64,000 nucleotides of DNA from Escherichia coli (GTDB lineage: Bacteria; Pseudomonadota; Gammaproteobacteria; Enterobacterales; Enterobacteriaceae), in the NCBI RefSeq assembly GCF_048403405.1, contig NZ_CP183129.1; one strand, given 5' to 3'. This document shows, one piece after another, positions 55,050-64,000 of the stretch (its first letter is position 1; every line of letters starts with the position of its first letter). The notes below the pieces were generated by a model that was given only the letters and a program-made list of their open reading frames with translations, was not told the DNA's origin and did not search any database. A program made the translations under genes and the position numbers.

Positions 55050-56054
55050 TTAAAGATGAGGAACCGGTAGCACAACGCCCGGTTGCAGGTAATGCTCAAT
55101 ACGCAGTAAAAGATCGGTGATGAGAAGCTCGCGGTTGATGCCTGTGACAGACATTAACTGTTCACGAATGTGGCAAACATCCCCCAGTATAGCCTGCAGG
55201 CGCGAGGGAGAAAGATGGTTTGCCAGTTCGACGACCAGTCCCGGCACATCAACATTGGTCACCTGCGCAGCGCCATGATGGCGTTTTAGCGCATCCATCA
55301 GCAACGTTGCCAGCCAGTGTAAACGCGCCGGAGCTTGTTCATGATTAAGGGCCGCTAGCAGCGAATACCAGTCGCCCGATGGCACGCTATATGCCAACGC
55401 CTGACACAATGTTTCACGAGCCTGCCAGTTATCTCCCTGAAACAACGCCAGTGCCGCGCCAGGCGAACCGGCGCTTAAGCGCAATGCGGCAAGTAATGCA
55501 TCCTGTGACATTGTCACTTCGCGTGAAAGCCAGGTCACGGCGTACTGTTCCGGCGGCGGCGCAAGGTAATGTAACCGACAACGACTACGTAATGTTGCCA
55601 GTAAACGTTCAGGCTCGCGGGTAGCCAGGAAAAACCAGGTTTCTGCTGGTGGCTCTTCAAGCGTTTTCAGCAATGCGTTAGCCGCGGCGTCGGTCAGTAA
55701 GGCAGCATCGGTTACCCAGACAACTTTCGCACCACCTAAGCGGGCGTGCTCATTCAGTTTTTCAGTGACCTCACGTACCGCATCAATGCCCAGCGTATTT
55801 TTCCCTTTTTCGGGAGCCAGGGTGTAATAATCGGGATGCGTGCCAGCCTGCATCAACTGACATCCACGACAGTGACCGCAACTTTTGTGGCCCTGCGGTT
55901 GTTGGCAGAGTAAATAACGGCTCAGGGCGTAGATTAAAGCATCATCGCCCATGCCCGGTAACGCCTGAATGAGCAGCGCATGGTGACCTCTTCCGGCCTG
56001 ATAGCTGGCTACCAGTTTTTCGAAATCAGGTCGTAACCATGGATACCATCTCAT
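55050..56054 (-). CDS. holB: DNA polymerase III delta-prime subunit
   Basis: Start at [14 protein letters not shown] (334 aa); zinc module C…C..C. Confidence 0.9.
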
Positions 56055-56692
56055 GCGTCCAACTCCTTCACCCAATTGGTCACGGTAGTGCGGATTGCAT
56101 CCATCACGGACTCCAGCGGCTGGGTGGCATCAATGGTATGAATGCTTTTATCTTGTGCTGCCAGTTCCAGATAGCGGGCGCGGGTGCGATTAAAGAAATC
56201 GAAAGACTCTTGCTCAATACGATCCAGCTCGCCGCGCGCACGCGCGCGTTTTAAGCCAACTTCCGGGGTAACATCGAGATAGAGCGTTAAGTCGGGGCGA
56301 AAATCCCCGAGAACAGCATCACGCAATGTTGCCAGCATATGTTGGTCAATACCACGTCCGCCGCCCTGATACGCCTGAGTGGAGAGATCGTGGCGATCGC
56401 CAATCACCCAGGTGCCGTTAGCCAGCGCAGGTTTGATGACCGTTTCTACCAGTTGAACGCGCGCGGCATAAAACATCAGAACTTCGGCTTTATCGGTAAT
56501 GACTTCATCGCCTACCGATTTGATATCCAGTACCAGGCTTCTTAACTTTTCGGCAAGTTGCGTACCGCCAGGTTCCCGAGTGAAAACCATGTCGCGGATA
56601 CCCAGTTGCTCGAGCGTCTCAACCACCACGTTACGCGCGGTAGTTTTGCCTGCGCCTTCCAGCCCCTCAATGACGATATACTTACTGCGCAT
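56051..56692 (-). CDS. tmk: Thymidylate kinase
   Basis: 213 aa; P-loop GLEGAGKTT. Confidence 0.95.
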
Positions 56693-57704
56693 TTTTTTCC
56701 TTAAGCACTTTCAGATAATCCTGCACAGACTTGTTATGACTGGCAAGATTGGTATTAAACGTGTGACCACCTTTACCATCGGCCACAAAATAGAGATACG
56801 GCGTTTTTGCCGGATGCGCAGCAGCCTTCAGCGAATCCGCCCCCGGCGTAGCTATTGCACCTGGCGGCAAACCGGTAATGGTATAGGTGTTATACGCTGT
56901 CGGCGTTTCCAGGTCTGCACGAGAAAGTTTGCCATTATAACGCTCTCCCATCCCGTAAATCACGGTCGGGTCGGTCTGCAGGCGCATACCAATGCGTAAC
57001 CGGTTGATAAATACCGAGGCAACCTGATCGCGTTCACTGGCAACGGCGGTTTCTTTTTCGATAATTGATGCCATCGTCACCAGCTGGTTTTTATCTTTAT
57101 AGGGCAGACCGTCCGCACGCCCTTCCCAGGCGCTATCGACCGCTTTCACCATTTTCTTGTGCGCTCGCTTGAGTAACGCGACATCGGTGGTATTGGCGGT
57201 ATACATCCAGGTGTCTGGCCAGAACCAACCTTCAATCCACTCTGGGTTTTCCAGTTCAAGTGCCTGCGCTACGGTGGCGTACTTATCGTCGCTCAGCGTA
57301 TGCTTGATATACGGGGCCTCACGCAATTGCTTGAGGTAATCGCTTAAACGCATCCCTTCTACCAGTCGCAGAGGGAACTGTGCTTCTTTACCGCTTTCCA
57401 GCAATTTCAGCATCTCACGTACGGTCATCTGCGGTGTAAAGCGGTAAGTCCCGGCTTTAAAGTGAGAAAGATCCGGTTCGATACGCAGCAGCCATTGGAA
57501 AACCCGTGGGCGATTGATGATCTTATCGGCATAAAGCTGTTCACCGAGCGCCAGACGTCCGGTCCCTGGCTTTAGGGTAAATATCGTCTCTTCTTTGATA
57601 AGCAATTTGCTGTCGGCAAGATGGCGAACCTTCCAGACGCCCACACCAGCGGCGATACCCAGTACCACCAGCAATAACAAGATAATCAATAACACTTTTT
57701 TCAT
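56682..57704 (-). CDS. mltG: Endolytic murein transglycosylase MltG (YceG)
   Basis: 340 aa with N-terminal TM anchor. Confidence 0.9.
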
Positions 57705-57706
57705 GA

Positions 57707-58516
57707 CTAATTCGGGCGCTCACAAAGTGGGGCTAAATATTCATATAACGTTGCTGACGAAAAGGAGACATCGCCACAGGCACGTACGGGCATCACTGGC
57801 ATTAACGCATTACAAATAACCATCTCATCTGCCTGCAACGCCTCCTCCAGCGAGGCTTGCACTTCGACAAGCTGATAAGAGGATTGTGCCAGTAAACGGA
57901 TACAGAATTGTCGCATAATGCCGTTAACACCTGCCTGATCCAGTCGCGGCGTATAAACTACGTTGCCCTTCCGCCAGAACAAATTAGCCGCACAGCATTC
58001 CGTAACCCACCCTTCGCTGTCAAGGACCAGCGCCTCATCAGCGTTTGTCTGCTCAAGATGAGAGCGGATCAATACTTGCTCAAGCCGATTAAGATGTTTA
58101 ATACCTGCAAGATGAGGATTGCGCCCCAGCCGCACCGGGCTTAGCGCCAACGTCATCCCCTCGTTACGCAAACGGTCGTAATGTGCGGGATAAACCGTAA
58201 CGGAGAGAATCCGCGTTGCCGGTCCGCTGTTCAATGTGCTGTATCCTCGCCCGCCACTACCGCGACTGATCACCACTTTCAGCACACCATTTTGCTGTTC
58301 TGCTGCCAGCGTTTTCATCTCTAGTTCAAGCTGAGGCCAGAAGTCACAGGAAATCATCAACCGCTGACAAGCATCCTGTAGTCGCTGGATATGCGCCGAT
58401 AACAAACTGACTTTACCGTCGATAACTCTGGCGGTGGTAAAACAACCATCACCAAACTGCGTTGCCCGATCGCTTACTGCCAGCGATTCCTGCTTATGAC
58501 CGTTAATTAAGAACAT
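57707..58516 (-). CDS. pabC: Aminodeoxychorismate lyase
   Basis: 269 aa. Confidence 0.9.
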   Translation of the reverse strand: MFLINGHKQESLAVSDRATQFGDGCFTTARVIDGKVSLLSAHIQRLQDACQRLMISCDFWPQLELEMKTLAAEQQNGVLKVVISRGSGGRGYSTLNSGPATRILSVTVYPAHYDRLRNEGMTLALSPVRLGRNPHLAGIKHLNRLEQVLIRSHLEQTNADEALVLDSEGWVTECCAANLFWRKGNVVYTPRLDQAGVNGIMRQFCIRLLAQSSYQLVEVQASLEEALQADEMVICNALMPVMPVRACGDVSFSSATLYEYLAPLCERPN

Positions 58517-58635
58517 ACCGGCTCCTTATCAGAGAATTGTTAGTGTGGCAGCATGTTCACTACGGAACAAGTCAGAATAAAAGCTAAGAAAAAAGGCCCG
58601 CAAGCGGACCTTTTATAAGGGTGGGAAATGACAAC

Positions 58636-59907
<1,272 letters not shown>

Positions 59908-59964
59908 CTAGTGGGACAAAAAGATAAAACTCAGGCGGTCGAACGACCGCCTGGAGATGTTCAC

Positions 59965-60201
59965 TTACGCCTGGTGGCCGTTGATGTAATCAATGGCAGC
60001 CTGAACGGTGGTGATTTTCTCAGCTTCTTCGTCCGGAATCTCAGTATCAAACTCTTCTTCCAGAGCCATTACCAGCTCAACGGTGTCAAGAGAATCCGCG
60101 CCCAGGTCTTCAACGAAAGAAGCATTGTTGGTAACTTCTTCCTGCTTAACGCCCAGCTGTTCGCCGATAATTTTCTTAACGCGTTCTTCGATAGTGCTCA
60201 T
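59965..60201 (-). CDS. acpP: Acyl carrier protein
   Basis: 78 aa; [20 protein letters not shown]. Confidence 0.95.
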
Positions 60202-60411
60202 ACTCTTAAATTTCCTATCAAAACTCGCTTTCGCGATGGTTTTCGTAGTGTATAAAATGTTGAAAAATTTGCAACTAAATCCCGGCAGGTCTTACCACGA
60301 TTTTACGTTATTTTGAGGCCTTACCCCCCAATAACGCAAATCATTTTGCACTAATTATTACTCATAACCACGCAGACTGCGCGCAACATGAGCATTTTGT
60401 GCAAATCGCGG

Positions 60412-61146
60412 TCAGACCATGTACATCCCGCCGTTCACATGCAAAGTTTCACCCGTGATGTAAGCTGCTTCGTCGGATGCCAGGAATGCAACCGCGTTGG
60501 CGATTTCCTGTGCGCCGCCGAGGCGACCCGCAGGAACCTGCGCCAGGATACCCGCACGCTGGTCATCGCTCAGCGCACGTGTCATGTCCGTTTCAATAAA
60601 GCCCGGAGCAACAACGTTTACAGTAATACCGCGTGACGCAACTTCGCGCGCCAGTGATTTACTGAAGCCGATCAAGCCCGCTTTCGCCGCAGCGTAGTTG
60701 GCCTGACCGCCATTTCCCATGGTACCAACCACAGAACCGATAGTGATAATACGACCATGACGCTTTTTCATCATAGCGCGCATTACCGCTTTTGACAGAC
60801 GGAAAACAGATGAAAGGTTGGTTTCGATAATATCGTTCCACTCTTCATCTTTCATTCGCATTAACAGGTTATCACGAGTGATACCGGCATTATTGACCAG
60901 GATATCCACTTCACCAAATTCTGCGCGAATTTTTTCCAGAACAGATTCGATAGATGCCGGGTCGGTCACATTCAACATCAGACCTTTGCCGTTGGCACCT
61001 AAATAATCACTGATCGCCTGAGCGCCATTTTCACTGGTCGCAGTGCCAATAACTTTCGCGCCACGGGCTGCGAGCGTTTCAGCAATTGCGCGACCAATTC
61101 CGCGGCTTGCACCGGTTACCAGTGCGATTTTTCCTTCAAAATTCAT
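60412..61146 (-). CDS. fabG: 3-oxoacyl-ACP reductase
   Basis: 244 aa; TGASRGIG Rossmann motif. Confidence 0.95.
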   Translation of the reverse strand: MNFEGKIALVTGASRGIGRAIAETLAARGAKVIGTATSENGAQAISDYLGANGKGLMLNVTDPASIESVLEKIRAEFGEVDILVNNAGITRDNLLMRMKDEEWNDIIETNLSSVFRLSKAVMRAMMKKRHGRIITIGSVVGTMGNGGQANYAAAKAGLIGFSKSLAREVASRGITVNVVAPGFIETDMTRALSDDQRAGILAQVPAGRLGGAQEIANAVAFLASDEAAYITGETLHVNGGMYMV

Positions 61147-61158
61147 GATTTTCCTCTT

Positions 61159-62088
61159 TTAAAGCTCGAGCGCCGCTGCCATCGCTGAAGGTTCGTTCAG
61201 CGCCGAGGCGGTCAGGGTGTCGACAATGCGTTTCGTCAGGCCAGTAAGCACTTTGCCCGGGCCGACTTCATAGAGATGTTCTACGCCTTGCGCTGCCATG
61301 TATTCAACAGACTTCGTCCACTGAACCGGGTTATACAACTGACGTACCAGTGCGTCACGGATGGCATCACCATTGGTTTCGCATTTCACATCAACGTTAT
61401 TCACAACAGGTACTGTTGGTGCGTTAAAGGTGATTTTCGCTAATTCTACTGCCAGTTTGTCGGCTGCTGGTTTCATCAGCGCACAGTGAGACGGTACGCT
61501 CACTGGTAACGGCAGAGCGCGTTTTGCGCCCGCAGCTTTACAGGCAGCGCCAGCACGCTCAACTGCTTCTTTATGACCGGCAATAACCACCTGTCCCGGA
61601 GAGTTAAAGTTTACCGGAGAAACGACCTGACCTTCTGCAGCTTCTTCACACGCTTTCGCAATAGACGCATCATCCAGACCGATGATTGCCGCCATAGCGC
61701 CCGTGCCTTCCGGTACGGCTTCTTGCATAAACTTACCGCGCATCTCAACCAGACGCACCGCATCAGCGAAATCAATCACACCAGCGCAAACCAGCGCGGA
61801 GTATTCCCCCAGGCTGTGACCGGCCATCAATGCCGGTGCTTTACCGCCCTGCTGCTGCCATGCGCGGTACAGCGCAACAGATGCAGTCAACAGCGCTGGC
61901 TGGGTTTGCCAGGTTTTATTCAGTTCTTCAGCTGGCCCCTGCTGGGTCAGCGCCCACAGGTCGTAGCCCAGCGCCGCAGAAGCTTCAGCAAACGTTTCTT
62001 CGACAATTGGATAGCTCGCCGCCATATCAGCCAGCATTCCAACGGTTTGAGAACCCTGTCCAGGGAACACAAATGCAAATTGCGTCAT
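61159..62088 (-). CDS. fabD: Malonyl-CoA:ACP transacylase
   Basis: 309 aa; GHSLGE active site. Confidence 0.95.
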   Translation of the reverse strand: MTQFAFVFPGQGSQTVGMLADMAASYPIVEETFAEASAALGYDLWALTQQGPAEELNKTWQTQPALLTASVALYRAWQQQGGKAPALMAGHSLGEYSALVCAGVIDFADAVRLVEMRGKFMQEAVPEGTGAMAAIIGLDDASIAKACEEAAEGQVVSPVNFNSPGQVVIAGHKEAVERAGAACKAAGAKRALPLPVSVPSHCALMKPAADKLAVELAKITFNAPTVPVVNNVDVKCETNGDAIRDALVRQLYNPVQWTKSVEYMAAQGVEHLYEVGPGKVLTGLTKRIVDTLTASALNEPSAMAAALEL

Positions 62089-62103
62089 GTTTTAATCCTT
62101 ATC

Positions 62104-63057
62104 CTAGAAACGAACCAGCGCGGAGCCCCAGGTGAATCCACCGCCAAAGGCTTCAAGCAGAACCAACTGCCCCGGCTTAATGCGCCCGTCGCGTACAGCT
62201 TCATCCAGCGCGCACGGGACAGAGGCCGCAGAGGTATTACCGTGGCGATCCAGCGTCACCACGACATTGTCCATCGACATACCGAGTTTTTTCGCCGTTG
62301 CACTGATAATACGCAGGTTAGCCTGATGCGGAACCAGCCAGTCCAGTTGAGAACGGTCAAGATTATTCGCCGCCAGCGTCTCATCAACGATGTGCGCCAG
62401 TTCCGTTACCGCAACCTTGAAGACTTCGTTGCCCGCCATCGTCAGATGAATTGAATTCTCTGGATTCACGCGGTCAGCATTAGGCAGCGTCAGCAATTCA
62501 CCATAGCTACCGTCGGCATGTAGATGGGTGGAGATGATTCCCGGCTCTTCAGAGGCAGCCAGCACCGCAGCGCCCGCGCCATCGCCAAAAATAATAATAG
62601 TCCCACGGTCTGTTGGATCGCAGGTGCGCGCCAGTACATCGGAACCGACGACCAGAGCATACTTCACCGCCCCAGATTTCACGTATTGATCGGCTACGCT
62701 TAATGCATAGGTGAAACCTGCGCAGGCTGCTGCAACGTCAAATGCCGGGCAACCTTTAATGCCCAGCATGCTTTGAATCTGACAAGCTGCGCTCGGGAAA
62801 GCGTGCGTAGCAGAAGTCGTTGCCACAACGATCAGGCCAATCTGGTCTTTCTCAATGCCCGCCATCTCAATTGCGCGTGTCGCCGCTTCAAAGCCCATGG
62901 TTGAAACGGTTTCGTTTGGCGCGGCAATGTGGCGTTCGCGGATACCGGTACGAGTGACAATCCACTCGTCAGAGGTGTCCACCATTTTTTCCAAATCGGC
63001 GTTTGTCCGCACTTGTTCGGGCAGATAGCTGCCAGTACCAATAATCTTCGTATACAT
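62104..63057 (-). CDS. fabH: 3-oxoacyl-ACP synthase III
   Basis: 317 aa. Confidence 0.95.
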
Positions 63058-63124
63058 GTACGCTCAGTCACTTTTCGGTTATATACCGTCACTTGCAAAC
63101 TGCGAGTTCGCTGGCAGCGTCCTG

Positions 63125-64000
63125 CTACCGCAGAGTTCCGCTTTTGCCACCGTCCAGCAGCTCAAAACCAGCTGGGTATACAGATTCCAGGCGAGCGGCA
63201 ATTCGCTGAGGAACTTGTCGCTGCACCGCCTGCACTGCCTGTTCAATCGCGACCGCAAAAGCTCGCTGATTGGCTGCACCATGACTTTTTATCACCGTGC
63301 CGCGCAATCCTAACAGACAGGCGCCGTTATACTGGTCGGGGTTGAGGTGACTGAATCGCCTCGTCAGGCTCTTTTGTAGCCAACGCTTTAATAACAGTAG
63401 CCACCACGACCGTTTTTTCCCTTCACCCTGAGATTTCAGCAGAGAAAGGAACATCCTGACAACACCTTCCATCGTCTTTAATGTGACATTTCCTGTAAAG
63501 CCGTCACAAACCAGCACATCTGTCTTGCCAGTTAACAACTCATTGGCTTCAAGATAGCCGATATAATTGATAGAAGGGATTGTTTTAAGCACCGCTGAGG
63601 CATCCCGAATACTGTCGAGACCCTTTACTTCTTCTTCACCAATATTGAGCAACGCCACGCGAGGATTGGGAATTTCCACCACCTCTTCAGCCAGAACTGA
63701 GCCCATAATGGCAAATTGCACCAACATTGTGCTGTCACAATCGACGTTGGCCCCTAAATCGAGGACCACCGTTTTGCCCTTTTGCTGATGCGGTAATACC
63801 GTCACCAGCGCCGGACGCTCAATCCCCTCCAGGGGCTTGAGTAATAATTTTGCCAGCCCCATCAGCGCCCCGGTATTACCGGCACTGACACAGGCTTGCG
63901 CTCGACCTTCTTTCACCAGCTCCAGGGCCACGCGCATTGAACTCCCACGACTGGCGCGGATAGCTTGCGAAGGCCGGGCATCACTGGCGATAACTGACTG
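63125..64000 (-). CDS. plsX: Phosphate acyltransferase PlsX, 5' end beyond window
   Basis: ORF track gives C-terminal 270 aa from an internal Met; gene expected to continue past 64000. Confidence 0.9.

Overview
The window splits into two parts. Positions 1 to about 28188 are one arm of a lambdoid prophage; positions 28185 to 64000 are conserved Escherichia coli-type chromosome (identified from protein recall, not from a search). The prophage has lambda-like head/packaging genes (C, B, W, A, Nu1) and a lambda-type cos site, a phage-21-type lysis cassette (pinholin plus SAR endolysin plus Rz/Rz1), Q, a nin-like region with rusA and a hok-type toxin, O/P replication genes with iterons, a DicA/DicC-type immunity region, a dicF-like sRNA, rha, dicB, a large DEDDh exonuclease, xis and int. 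It is integrated in the 3' end of potB, and the int-proximal junction supplies a replacement potB C-terminus. The chromosomal part runs potC, potD, ymfA, ycfZ, cobB, nagK, lolEDC, ycfT, mfd, ldtC, bhsA, comR, ycfJ, ndh, ycfP, nagZ, thiK, lpoB, ycfL, hinT, fhuE, ptsG, ycfH, holB, tmk, mltG, pabC, fabF, acpP, fabG, fabD, fabH, plsX (partial). No CRISPR array, rRNA or tRNA was seen. I could not identify a recognisable multi-gene defence system; the best candidates for something undescribed are the accessory genes of the prophage: a 296-aa protein wedged between holin and endolysin, two tiny membrane ORFs coupled to Rz, a TonB-C-domain lipoprotein, AT-rich morons between Q and S, and a paralogous gene pair split by an HNH endonuclease. 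Two chromosomal genes (comR, cobB) appear to carry single-base indels relative to the lengths I recall for the K-12 proteins. Protein identities are from reading the translations; no database search was run.
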